Shown piece by piece: positions 1 through 12,199 of a stretch of 64,000 bases of DNA. Made by a program: the position numbers and the translations under genes. The notes below the pieces were generated by a model. That model worked only from the letters and a program-made list of their open reading frames with translations, was not told the origin of the DNA and searched no databases. The first letter of the stretch is position 1; every line of letters begins with the position of its first letter. The DNA comes from the human T2T-CHM13v2.0 reference genome, Homo sapiens. Location: assembly GCF_009914755.1 (NCBI RefSeq), contig NC_060935.1; one strand, given 5' to 3'.

Positions 1-1944
1 TTGGCTGCTAGCCTAAAGCCCCTCTGCCTGCCTGGTTGCCTTTTGGTTATTGCCGCTCCTCTCAGGATGATCTCATGGCAGCTCCCAGTTCTCCCTGGCT
101 TTGAATGGTTATTTGAGAGCACCACTCTTCTATACCTGACTCCTATATGTCAGGAATAATGAGTACTGATGACCAGTGGAAGGGACTGAGGTCCCAGAAG
201 GCTCAGGAGCAGAAGTCAAATAAGTGAGAAGAAATGGGTTCTAAACTGGGAAAGGGAGGCTGCTGATGAATTGTGCCCAAAGGGCAGGTACAGAAAGAGG
301 AGCTAGGTGAATTAGGGGTGACCAGGCAGAGTCAGGGGAAGGATGGAGATAATGAGAGTGCACCAGATTCTGAGATGAAATCAGCTAGATGAGATTCTCC
401 TGCTTCTGCTGTCTGCCTCAGTTGTTAAATAAGCGTAACCAACCCACATATTATGTGCTCATTGTCCCTGAGGCACCATGGCTCAGATCCTGCAACCACT
501 CCTTCCAGCCGTATTGTTGTTTGGCATCAGTTCTGCCCAGGATTTGTTCCCTGTTTCTATCCCTGTATCTTTCTGCCCAGCACTCAGTGATCAGGTATCC
601 CCTTAGTATTTTTGTGCAATACTTTCTGGCTGCCAAGATTCATATTATACTAGGTCGGTGTCCTGCTCTACCTAAGGCAGGATCTAACACCCTCACACAC
701 ACTGACATGTTTGGCTGATGACCTATCCAGACCTATCCAAGCCCTTTCAACAAAAGTTTAAACAGCTACTAATGATAATCATCTGGTTTTTTAAAATGTA
801 CTTAGTTATGAGCTTGTACTTGACAGATATGACTACATCATTCTTCCTAAATGAAGAAGGCTAAGAAGGTGAAATGAATAGGTAATATTCATCTTCCCAA
901 ATTCTAACCCTTGCAGGAGGGCAGCAGAGCCCTGACTAGGCCTAGGCCTCCTAGAATACATCCAAGAAAGCCTCTAGGATTTCTGTCTCTGGGGTTAAGG
1001 TTTTAAAGAAGTTACTGAGTTTTAAGGACATGGCCTCTTCGTTAATTGTGGTGTCACCATCTGTAGTCTCGAGGGGAGATTCTAGTTCATCTGATTAGTA
1101 GTAAATCTGTTCCTAATGAGAGGGGCACACAGGATGATTGAGGGTCATGTATGCCTTGAGCAGAAATGTGATGTGAAGCTAGTTCACAAATTGGAGCTGG
1201 CGCCAAATATTTCTTACTTACAGCTCTAATATATGGAGGAGGTAGCTCACTTTAAAATATGTTGACTGTATCTTCTAATTAAACACTGAAAACTACTTTT
1301 TAATATATATTCAAAATGATAAAATAATTGCTAAATTATGCAGATTTTTATGGTGGGCCAGAAACAAGACAATTTTTTTTTAATTGGCACCTTTTACTGA
1401 TTCGAAATGTTAATCACAGGGACCCTAATAGGCCTATCAGACTTCTCTAATGTATTCAAATAAAATGAGCAAAATCATTAAATGTCCAAATATTGATTTA
1501 AAGTGCTCCAATTGGTAATGAAATTTGGCTCTCTACTTGAGACAGGGCACACTGGCTGTGTGCTTTAATTTTAAAGAAACTGCTGAAGTGTGAAGTAGTT
1601 AGAGATAAGAGAGAATGGAGGAGAGAGAGAAAGAGAAAAACACAGAGGGAGATGACCTTAAGAAACACAAGATACCAATCACTGGACTAGAATGGACCAT
1701 TGGTTTAGACAGAAAGAAATAGTTGAAGGTAGATTTGGTTAACCCAATAAAATTATGTTAAGTACCCAAGATAAGTGCCAAGACAGAAGGTCCAGAGTGC
1801 CTTTAGAAAGGAATGTGGAGAGGAGAAAATGTCAGACACTGGGCTCCAGCCACTTCCCTTTAAAGGCCAGCATGAGATGGAATTCGGAAATGATGTCCAT
1901 TACAGACAGGGCAAGTCCATGCATACCTGTGACCCAGACTCCCG

Positions 1945-2368
1945 TGTATTAGTTTCCTAGGGCTACCATAACAATTTACCCCAAAGATCGTGGCTTAAAA
2001 CAACAGAAATTTATCTCTCCAAGTTCTGAAGACCAGAATCTAAATTAAAGGTGTTGCTGGGGCCATGCTTCCTCTAAAGGCTGTAAGGAAGGATCCCCTC
2101 CCCTTCTGGCTTCTGGTGGTTGCTGGCTTCCTGGGCTCGTGGCCACATCACTCCAGTTTTGCCTCTGCCTTCTCCTGTGTGTATCTGTATTTCTCCTCAT
2201 CTGTCTATCTCATAAAAGTACTTGTTATTGGATTTAGAACCCACCTGGAGAATCCAAGATCATTAATCACACCTGCAAAGACCTTTTCCCACATTAGGTA
2301 ACATTCTTAGTTTCTAGGGAATGGGATGAGGATCTGTCTTTTTAGGGGCCACCATTCAACTTACTACA
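1945..2368 (-). mobile_element. MaLR solo LTR, MLT1B/C/D-like
   Basis: Begins tgtattagtttcctagggct..ggcttaaaacaacagaaatttat (reverse complement of the MLT1 3' end) and ends ccaccattcaacttactaca; TG...CA termini. Confidence 0.9.
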
Positions 2369-2419
2369 ATGTGTTATTCTTTTAGTTCACCTTGTACAAA
2401 CCCTTTAGGAGCACTGCCT

Positions 2420-2930
2420 GTGGGATGAAGATGAACCCTAAGGTATATTTTATGAAGATATATAGGGGAGGAGAGGACCCAAATTACAGTCATGAAAGAC
2501 CTAAGGTTGCATTCAGAAGGATAGGCGAGGGAGTGTTTCTGGTAGAGGGAACAGGTTAGGACTAGGCATAGATGCAAGGATAAGAGTTGGTGGTCATATA
2601 GGAGGAGAAAGTGAAAGGGGGCGCATAGAACAAGGCCTGCATTTTGGGAATTGTAGAGTCACATACAGCAGGGCTGAACAGACCACACAGAGTTTGGATA
2701 TATTCTGAGAATAAGGGGAAGTTGCAGAAACATTTTCATCTGAGAAGGGATAGAATTTTCATTTTAGGTACAGGAAGGAGCCACAGAGAAAAGTAGGAAG
2801 ACCAGATGGGAACCTGTTATAGTTGAGATAACCTGGACTAGTTTAAAATGAGGGATAGGAGAGGAAGCAGGATGAGTCAAGGGAAACCCCATGTGTCAGT
2901 TTTGCAAGTGGTCTGGATGCAAGCAGTGTG
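2420..2930 (-). mobile_element. L2 LINE fragment, degraded
   Basis: Purine-rich L2-antisense phrases such as gtttctggtagagggaacag and agagtttggatatattctgag; boundaries approximate. Confidence 0.55.
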
Positions 2931-3399
2931 GCTGAATGAACCATGCAGGTCTGGGCACCCTGTGTTCTTCTTTGCTTGCCTCTCTTCTGACTGTTCTGCT
3001 CCAACTGCCCCTGACCCTGGCCCTGACCTCAGCTCCTTTCTTGGGTGGGTCTATTCTTGTTTGGAAACTCACTCAAATTGGGCCTGTCCCTCTGGCTCTG
3101 CTATAAATTCATCCTATCTTTTGCCTCTTTGGAATAGGGCTTTAACTCAAGTCAGCTCTGGGGTTTGTTATAATAATTCCTTAGCAGCCTTCACATCCAC
3201 ATGCAATCCTAGCCCTCACACCCAAGTCCCCTTTCTGCCATAAGTTTTGGCAGCAAGTACCCAGAAACAGCATCTAGAAATTAAAGGGGATCTCAAGATG
3301 ATGGCTGGATTACGAGTCCAACTCTCCCCTACCTTCCATTTTCCTATTCGTATGATCAGTAAGGGAGCTAACAATGGGGAAAAACAAGCATCAGTGCCA

Positions 3400-4550
3400 G
3401 AAGTCAGGGAAAGGTCACAGATGCACAAAGTGGAAGAGATCATATATTCTAAAGAAAAGAGAAAGAAGATCAATTTAAGAACATTATTTGAGAAAGGGAA
3501 ATAAGTGAGGGTTGGGGGTGGGGAAGGGCATGGAAATCAGATTCCAGAGGTCCAAAATATCTAGGGTAATGCAAGAGGAGAGAATTGGATACACAGAAGA
3601 AAAAGAGAAAAAACATTCACGATGTAAAGAAATTGATCTATGTATTAAAGGAGCCCATTGTGCACTCAGCAAACATAATAAAAACAAACATCTGGACTTA
3701 TTCTACTGACTTTTAAAAAACATTTAGAAGTAAACAAAGCACAGCAGGTACATACAAAGAAAAATAGTTATCTGAAAAGGAAGAAAACAAAACATGCCAG
3801 CCTGACTATTCTAACAAAACAAAACAACACAAAAACCCACTAAATTCCAATAGTTAAAAAAATTACATCTATGGAGGACAAAAATAGTTCTTCTATTTTT
3901 AGTAGAAGATGAGAAAAAATAGAAGCTTGTAACTAAAGAATATACAATAAATTAAGAAGAATATATATATTAAGAATATATAATAAATTAAGAAGCTTAC
4001 TGTATATGAATGAAAGAAAAAGATACTTTTGGTTCTCAAAGGGCTCAGCAGATTAAACAACTCTTGAACCCTCTCTAGGGGAAAAATGCATGTGGTAGGT
4101 AAGTGGGTGGTGTTTATAACTTGAAGACCTATTTCAGCTAAGATATGAATCATAACATAAAGAATTGAAGAATTGAAATGTTAGCAGTATAAAGTAACTA
4201 GTGGTAAACAAAAGAACCCCAACTAAATATAGATTTGTATATTAGACAAAATGTATACATATATATTAATGAGACATTGCTTTAAAATAATTTATAGTAA
4301 CAATAATCAGGATCTAAAATTGAAAATCATAATAGCAAAGGGAATAAGTAGAAAAATTTAATGTCTATTCAGTTCTTATCTAATAGAGGAAGGAATGGCA
4401 CTTTCATTCTCAACACTGATGAAAAGTTTTAGATAAATTGTAACACGATGATAATTTCTAATAGACTAGAACATAATATTATCCTTTCAAATCAGTAAGA
4501 AAAAAAGATTCAAAAAAAGACATTACTAGAAACACAATCATAGCTTCTCT
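3400..4550 (+). mobile_element. Ancient L1-related fragment (HAL1/L1M ORF1 region)
   Basis: Very A-rich sense strand with decayed ORF1-like phrases (aaaggagcccattgtgcactcagc, aaagaaattgatctatg); no intact frame. Confidence 0.55.
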
Positions 4551-4559
4551 GTACACATT

Positions 4560-4900
4560 CCCTCCGTGCGAATCAGTCCCTTGGCCAAAGCCCCAACAGT
4601 GGGGATGTAGCACGTGACCCACACACTGAGATGAGTACTGAACCCAAGGGACACTGTACAGAGGCTAATCTGAACCATCTACATTCTTCTGCTTGAGAAT
4701 TTGAATTATAAGACACAAAGATTTGGGTCAGCACTCCTGCAGGAGTAGGAGCCAAAGCCTCAAGTGACCTGGAATGAACAGTTCAGAGAGGCTGTGTGTA
4801 AATAGAAAAGGTGGTTTGTCAAGAAAAGCAAAAGAATGAAGCAGACCCACAGAAGAGATGAGTGCCCACACAGCCATTGGTGTCATTTTCCATATCTGTC
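4560..4900 (+). mobile_element. Probable old MLT1-type LTR fragment
   Basis: agcacgtgaccc...gaagcagacccacagaagagatgag resembles old MLT1 (H-L) LTRs; weak. Confidence 0.35.
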
Positions 4901-5011
4901 TGTCAAAGAAAACTACTTAACATCCAAGGAAATGAGGAGATTTCTTTTGCTTATATACCATTCTTGTCAAACCAATATAACATTGGTGATATAACACATT
5001 CAGACTGTAGC

Positions 5012-5414
5012 AACATACAGTGGAATATTATTCGGTCTTAAAAAAGAAGAAAATCCTGCAATATGTGAGAACATGGATAAACCTTTTTGCTAAATAGAAT
5101 AAGCCAGTCACAGAAGGAAAAATAATGCATGATTCCACTTATTTTAGTTATCTAAAATAGCCAAACTCAAAGAAGCAGAGAGTAGAATGATGGTTGCCAG
5201 GGGCTGGAGAGAGTAGAATGATGGTTGCCAGGGAGGGGGAAATGGAGGGAACTTATTCACCATGCATAAAATTTCAGTTACGTGTGGTGAATAAGTTCTA
5301 GAGATCAGATGTACAGCATTGTGTTTATCAATACCAATATTGTGCACTTAAAAATCTGTGAAGAGGGTAGATCTCCTTAAGTGTTTATAACACAATAAAA
5401 ATAAATAAATAAAT
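5012..5414 (+). mobile_element. L1MA/L1MB 3' end with A-rich tail
   Basis: catacagtggaatattattc...aagccagtcacagaagg...ggtgaataagttctagagatc...aataaaaataaataaataaa. Confidence 0.9.
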
Positions 5415-6065
5415 GTGACCTAATCACCCCTGCTTATAATCTCTCAGGGACTTCCACAACAGAGATTCTCAACTTCAGGGTGTCAACACCACTGTGTTTA
5501 GAAATATGGTATGGTGTCTCCCAGCTAAATTTTTATTATTAATAAAGCATTGAAGTTGACAGTAAAGTATTGAAGTTTGAAACTTCTGAGTTTGACATTT
5601 TCAGCCCTTCATGACTGATCTTGCTTACTTCTTCCGTATCTGAAATTGCTCTCTACAGTTTAATAGTGCCAAATGCTTGCAGCTTCTAGAGAACAATTTC
5701 ATACTCCCTGAGCTTTGCAAATCCTGTCCCCCAGTAGTTTGCTGGTAAACATTCAACAACCAGCTCTCAGGAGAAAACCAAACCAAAAGCAAAAACCCCT
5801 GATTTGTAACATTTATGAATTTCTCTGGTATAAATGTCCCTACCATGACTAATACAACATGAGGCCGTTGAATGCAGAGTGGGGAAGACATGGGTGGTAG
5901 CACATCATTATATGGTATCTTCACCACTAGATATACTAGAGATAAATAATCTCCACAACACAGATTACAGAAAAATATCATGAAATAATTAGGGAGGCAT
6001 GAGTTTTGAGTATTTTTAAGGTTTAAACTTAATGTAATTTATTTTAATATGTTAATAGAATTAAA

Positions 6066-7012
6066 TTTTTAATTGTGGTAAAACATACATAGCATAAAAT
6101 TTAACATTTTCACCATGTTTAAATGTTCCATAGCATTAAGCACATTCACATTGTTCAACCTTAACCACCATTCATCTCCAGAACTTTTTCATCTGCCCAA
6201 ACTGAAATTCTGTACCTAGTAAACAATAACTTCCCATTTCCCATTCCTCAGCTCTGAGTGACCACTACTCTATTTTCTTTCTCTATGGATTTGACAACTG
6301 CATGTATTTTGTGTGAGTAGAACCATACAGCATTTATCCTTCTGTGTCTGGCTTATGTCACTTAGCATAATGTTCTCAAGATCATCCATGTTGTTGCATA
6401 TTGCAGGATTTTCTTCATTTTTAAGGCTGAATAATATTTCATTATATATATTCTATTATACATATTCCATTATATATATTCTATTCTATATACACATTCC
6501 ATTTTATATATATTCTATTCTATACACACATTCCATTATATATATTTAATTATATATACATTTATAGATATTCTGTTATATATATTCCATTACATGTGTA
6601 TATCCATTGTATATATTCTATCATACAGGTATATATTCAATTATATAGAAATATATTCCATTGTATATATTCTATTATATATTCCATTATACATGTATAT
6701 TCCATTATATATACATATATTCCATTATACACACACACAATTATATGTGTGTGTGTGTGTATATATATATAGATATATATATAAAATTTGTTTTCTTTAT
6801 CCATTCATCCACTGATGGACATTTGGGATTTTGGGTGCTTTCTGCCTTCTGGCTATTGTGAATAACGCTATGGACATGGGTATACAAATACCCATTCAAG
6901 TCCCTGCTTTTAATTCTTTTGGGTACATACCCAAACGTGAAATTGCTGGATCATATGTAATCTTGTGTTTAATTTTTAAAAAGCCACCAGACTCTTTTCC
7001 ACTGTGATTGCA
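6066..7012 (-). mobile_element. L1MB 3' end (antisense) with internal AT-rich simple-repeat expansion
   Basis: ttttaattgtggtaaaacatacatagcataaaattt...cttagcataatgttctcaag...tgctggatcatatg. Confidence 0.9.
6440..6785. repeat. Degenerate AT-rich minisatellite (about TATATTCCATTATA) plus (CA)n/(TG)n/(TA)n
   Basis: Many imperfect copies of tatattccatt/tatattctatt visible directly. Confidence 0.9.
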
Positions 7013-8251
7013 GATATAGTAATTTAATTTTTAATAATGATTATGTTTAACAATCAGCTCACAGAGTTTCTGAGAACGTGGTGATGAGCACCATGAGCCA
7101 GCGCAGGTCTGCTCCAGTGCACTGCTGGCCTGGAGCATACTTCTTGTCACACAGTACTGCCACTTCCTCTATGACAGCTTCCATGACTTTCATTATTACC
7201 CAATTAAGTCGAACCCTCTCTTCTCTGCACTCTCTCTGTTCCTTGTATTTACTTCACATGACTCACATTACAGTTCAGGTGTTTGCTTTTATGCCTTTTG
7301 CTCTCAACACGCTGTGCCTTATTATGTCAACCACACAAACTTCTGGCTCACTTTAGGCCCTCAATGCATGTGTGTTGTACTGATCTAACAGGTATTGTGT
7401 TTGGATCTATAAAAGATAAACCAAGTGGGCAGCATACTCCTTTCCCCCAACCTAGCCCCCAAGGCCATCCATGCCCAGTGCTATAAGCTGGTGGGAGATA
7501 AGAAGGGCAGGGCTAGGGCAGAGTTCGATCCTGAGCAATTGTCTAGTACTCACTCTGGAGGTTAACCAGAGAAAGCAAGACCTGAGGCCAAGGTTCTACA
7601 CTGAACCAGAGGCGTGTGCCACATGCTGAGTTAAGCACTGTAGATTTCCATCCTCATAACATTGAATCCTGAAAGTTAGGTTTTATTATCCCCATTTCAC
7701 CAAGGAGAATACATTACCTAAACATACAAAGTCAAAGTTCATGGTTACACTGCTATAAAATAGAAGTCACGACAACTACCCTACCATCTGCATTAGACTT
7801 CAAGGTTTTTAAGTTTGTCTTCCTCACTGGAAGGTGGTACCAGGAAGCTCAACTTGTCTCTCATTTTCTCTTGCATTCTGGACTCTGCACAGTGACTGGC
7901 AGTCAACAAATACTCATTGATTTATGTCATAGGAACAATGGAACTTGAAACCCACTGAGAAATAAAGTAGTACCTGGCCCTGAGGTGTCGACCTCTCTCT
8001 TCTCCCATTGCAAATCATGACTTGCCTCTCACCAGGGAGATAACGCTCTTCAAGCAATTAATTATCATGAAAAAAGCCCACTCCAACCCCCACTCCTGTG
8101 GAGCCTTACACCTGCCAATTGGCATGTTGTTGAATTATAATGTATAACTAATTAAAGGTGACCTCACACCGGGGGTCTAGGTCTCCTGTGTCAGGACCAA
8201 CCACAAACTGGTCATCAGAATATTTCCTCGTTCTCTCACCCAGTCTCCCTA

Positions 8252-8253
<2 letters not shown>

Positions 8254-8285
<32 letters not shown>
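8254..8285. repeat. (GT)16 microsatellite
   Basis: Direct read. Confidence 0.97.
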
Positions 8286-8287
<2 letters not shown>

Positions 8288-9735
8288 ATTTCAAATTCTT
8301 TCCCTGCATCAGCGAGCAGATGAGATCCTCAGCCAGCTTTCATCTTTCAGAAAAATGAATAGTGCAGAGAGAACATTATCAAATGAGCTGTTGAAGAAGT
8401 CAGTGAATATGTCATTGAGTGTGACTGCTTCCCGAATGAATTTAGATTTATCTCTGTTATCTTCCCACCCCCACCCAGCCCCCCTTGCCAAGCTTGCCCT
8501 CAGGGCAGGCACATGCCTGCCATGAATCCTGACCGACAGCTGTCTCTCCTGGCTGACAGGTCCAATCGGGCCTCTGAGCTTGTTCAGGAATTTGGTTTGT
8601 TAACATTATGAATGAACTCATTGGATAGTCCTGTTAAACACCTCACACCTCTTGCTTCTGCAGTTTCTTAAAGGATTCCATTTCCATTAGGCAGACTCTC
8701 ACTCTGAAGTGTAGGACAGAGCCACACTCTCACTCTGAAATTGTTTTATCACATCAGGAGCTGCTGAATGGCTGTGACAACACAAGACCTAGAAACCCTC
8801 TCTTTTCTTCCTCTCTGGCTGTTTTATTAAAATCAGGGTGCTATAGTTCTTGCACCATTCATTCATTCGCCAACTACTTGCAGAACAGATCTGTTCATGG
8901 GAGCAATTGTGTTAAGGCAAAGTATATATTGGTAAATAATACAGACATGATCCCTGTCATAGTGTAGCATACGCTTTAGTTTATGATCCACATCAGAAAG
9001 CAATTTCTGTTGATTTCCAAGTTCTCAAAGGAATAAGCTTTGAACCAAGAAAAGATTTTTTTTAGGCAGAATGTCATGATCAAAACGTGATCTTTGGGGT
9101 CAGGCTGGTCTGTGTCAACATTCTTGAGTAGAAAAAGAGAAATTAGTGCATCTGAAACAAGAACAGGATGCTATGAACAAGGGAGTCACAAAAGCAGGAA
9201 AAGATTTTGGAAATTAAAAATATGGTAAGAACATTTTAAAAATGCAATAAAGGGGTTGGAAGATAAGGGTGAGAAAAAAAGAAAACAATGAGATGGAAAA
9301 TAGGAGAGAAAAGAAAATCAGAATTGAAAACGGGGTTAATATGAGTTCTAGAGAAAGAGAACAGAGAAAAGAGAGGAGAGGAAATTGTCAGAAAAATAAT
9401 ACAGGGTAATTTTCTACAGTTGAAGAAAATAATACAAAATAATTTTCCAGATTGCAAGGGTTTATGGCGGAGTTGAGAAATAGAATGAACAAAACACTCA
9501 CCTGAAGGCACATCATTTTGACGTCTCAGGATACAAGGATAGAAAAGATGCTAAAAGCTACAGGGGTTATGGGAGACAAGGAAGGAAGTCACATACTGAG
9601 GACCAGAAATAAGAAGGGAATCAGGCTTTTCAACAGCAACACTTGCAGGAATGCCTCAAAAATTCGGAGAAATGATTTGCAACCTAGAATTCTGACCAAG
9701 CCAAATGATTGTGACATATGAGGATAGAATAGATA

Positions 9736-10121
9736 CAGCAGGCTCCCCTTATCTGCAGGAGATGTGTTCCAAGATCTCCAGTGGATGCCGAAACTGAAGA
9801 CAGTTCCAAATCCTATACATGCAATGTTTTTTTCCTAGACAGAAAAAGTGAAAGAGAAAATAAAAATACCATGAGCAATGCATACAGTAGTGTAAGAGTA
9901 CATACCTATGATAAAGTTTAATTTATAAATTAGGCACAGTAAAAGATTAACAACAATAATAAAGATCGTGTAATTATATAACACTATACTATAATAAAAG
10001 TTGTGTGGTCTCTCTCTTTCAACATGTCTTACTATATTTTACTCACCTATTTTCAGACTGTGGTTAACCACTGATAACTGAAACTGTAAAAGCTGAAACC
10101 TGGGACAAGAGGAGACAACTA
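9736..10121 (-). mobile_element. MER44 (Tigger7-derived) DNA transposon
   Basis: TA|cagcaggctccccttatc...ataaagtttaatttataaattaggcacag...gataactgaaactg..acaacta|TA. Confidence 0.85.
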
Positions 10122-10123
10122 TA

Positions 10124-10979
10124 CAGTTGCCCTTGAACAACATGGGTTCAAATTGCATGGGTCCAGTTACATGCAAATATTTAGAAATAAATACAGTCAG
10201 CTCTTCATAGTCAAGAGTTCCTACATCTGCAACCAAACACAGATAGAAAATAAAGTATTCATGGGATGAGAAACTCACATACATCGATGACCAACTTTTT
10301 GTATGTGAGATTTCACAGGGCTGACTGTGAGACTTGCGTGTAGGTGGATGTTGGTATGGAGGGATGTATTAGTCAGAGTTCCCTAGAGAGGCAGAACTAA
10401 TAGGATATATGTATATATGAAAAGGAGTTTATTAAGAATTGACACATATGATCACAAGGTAAAGTCCTACGATAGACCATCTGCAAGTTGAGGAACAAGG
10501 AAGCCAGTGGTGGATCAGTCCAAGTCCCAAAACCTCAAAAGTGGGGAAGCCGACAGTGCAGACTTCCACCTGTGGCCAAAGGCCCAAAAGTCCCTGGCAA
10601 ACCACTGGTTTAAGTCCAAGAGTCCAAAGCTCAGGAACTTGGAGTCTGATGTTCGAGGGCAGGAAGCATCCAGCACGGGAGAAAGATGAAGGCTGGAAGA
10701 CTCAGCAAGTCTGCTCTTCCATCTTCTCCTGCCTGCTTTATTCTAGCCGTGCTGGCAGCTGATTTAGATGGTGCCCACCAAGATTGAAGGTGGTCTGCCT
10801 CTCCCAGTCCACTGACTCAAAATGTTAATCTCCTTTGGCAACAACGTCAGAGACACATCTAGAAACAATACTTTACCACCTACCTAAGCATCCTTCAGTC
10901 CAATCAAGTTTTCACTCAATATTAACCAACACAGGTGGGGGCCTGGCACTAATCTCCTGTGTATACCAAGAGATGACTG
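10124..10979 (+). mobile_element. MER2B-like Tigger DNA transposon, split by MLT2A (10124-10364 and 10934-10979)
   Basis: TA|cagttgcccttgaacaacatggg...ataccaagagatgactg|TA. Confidence 0.8.
10365..10933 (-). mobile_element. MLT2A (ERVL) solo LTR, full length
   Basis: tgtattagtcagagttccctagag...gagtctgatgttcgagggcaggaagcatccagcacgggagaaag...aatattaaccaacaca. Confidence 0.92.
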
Positions 10980-11694
10980 TATTTTCAGACAAATGAGGTC
11001 TCGAAAAATGTCTCCCATGTATTATTTTTTAGGATATTATTGCAAAACGTGCTTTACAAAAGCAAAGAAATAAAACTATAACAACAAAAAGAAAAACAGC
11101 ATCTAGGAAACAAGAGCTCCTAAAGGAACTCCAGAATGTTGGCAAAATCATGCCCTTTCTAGAACAAGGGCATGTAGAGCTGTGGGTATAGGTTGGAAAG
11201 GAAGCTGAAAGGCTTCAAGAGAAATGTTTCCAAGAGATAAGCAAAATGATACTTTTCTGGATGTGTTTAATTATACCAAAAAGAGATTTAGAATCCTGTC
11301 GGAATCTGTGGATGAATGAAAGATATTAAGCATTATAGAAGGATTTGCTAAAGAAATAAAACTAATAATAGCTGAAAGCACACTTTCTAGGTAGTGGTTC
11401 ACCCAAGCTTACAAAATCATCCCGTAAAGGACATAATCCATGTGATAGAGATAAGAAGCTCTGTAATTGCATGGCAGACCAAGTCTCTGACCTACCTGGG
11501 TTCCCCATCAGTGAGACTTGGGTCCTTTTTTTTTTTTTTTTACCACCGTCTAGGCACCTGTTTTTACATCTAGTATAAACCTGAGATTGTAGATTTTTCA
11601 GGGAAATATTATTCCAGAAAAACAAAACAGATCTTAGTAAACTGTTCTGGGAAAGAGAGTGACAGTGTGATACACAGGGAATGGAGGGTGGCCT

Positions 11695-12080
11695 CATTTA
11701 TTTATTTATTACTTATTAAGCACCTACTATGTGCTAGGCTTTCTAGGCAACCTGGTGACTTCAGCTCCATAATACCTGAAAGTCCTAATGGAAAGTTGGG
11801 GACATAAAACACAGTGAGAATGGGGGCTTCACAAATGGAGAGGAAAGTGGAAAGGTGGGCACACCAAACCCCCTGCATTTTAGTCAAGCTGTGTGTGGCC
11901 AATGAGGTCTCAAAATAGAGAGATATCAGGAAAAAATGAGGTAGAGACTGAGAAGCAGGGAGACAAAGAGTAAGAGAGTCAGAGAGAGGGAGGCGGAGAG
12001 ACATTACTAAGAATGAGACAGAAGGAGAAAACAAGGATTTCGTTAGCAATGCATTCAGTAGTATAAGAGATAAAAAGGAA
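11695..12080 (-). mobile_element. L2 3' end fragment
   Basis: catttatttatttattacttattaagcacctactatgtgctaggc is the reverse complement of the L2 tail. Confidence 0.65.
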
Positions 12081-12199
12081 TATCCAATTAACACACCATA
12101 TAATTGCTTGAAGACATTCTTTTTTATTTAAAGATGAAATAGCTAAGAGTTCTAATCAAAACTAGGGTCACAGCCTACATATTAAATGAAAGAAATTGA

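Larger units (their letters stand above)
5731..7128 (-). mobile_element. MER63-family hAT-Blackjack DNA transposon, split by an L1 (pieces about 5731-6058 and 7013-7128)
   Basis: Termini ccagtagtttgctggtaaacattcaacaaccagctctc and ctccagtgcactgctgg; internal gagttttgagtattt resumes after the L1 as ttttaataatgattatgtttaacaatcagctc. Confidence 0.75.
9150..11345 (+). mobile_element. HAL1/L1 ORF1-like fossil, host of a nested cluster (pieces about 9150-9735 and 10982-11345)
   Basis: Decayed ORF1 phrases: gagttctagagaaagagaacagag, gatttgcaacctagaattct, continuing after the inserts as ttttcagacaaatgaggtctc. Confidence 0.65.

Noticed and set aside
148-707. TGTCAG...CTGACA inverted ends suggesting an old solo LTR
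   Set aside because: No TSD (ctata / tgttt) and I cannot match the interior to a family; similar uncertainty for about 20500-20860 and 39330-39900
8337-8526. Acceptor-like ctttcatctttcag followed by ATG and a 56-codon frame
   Set aside because: No recognisable product, no convincing partner donor or neighbouring exons; cannot be supported without RNA data
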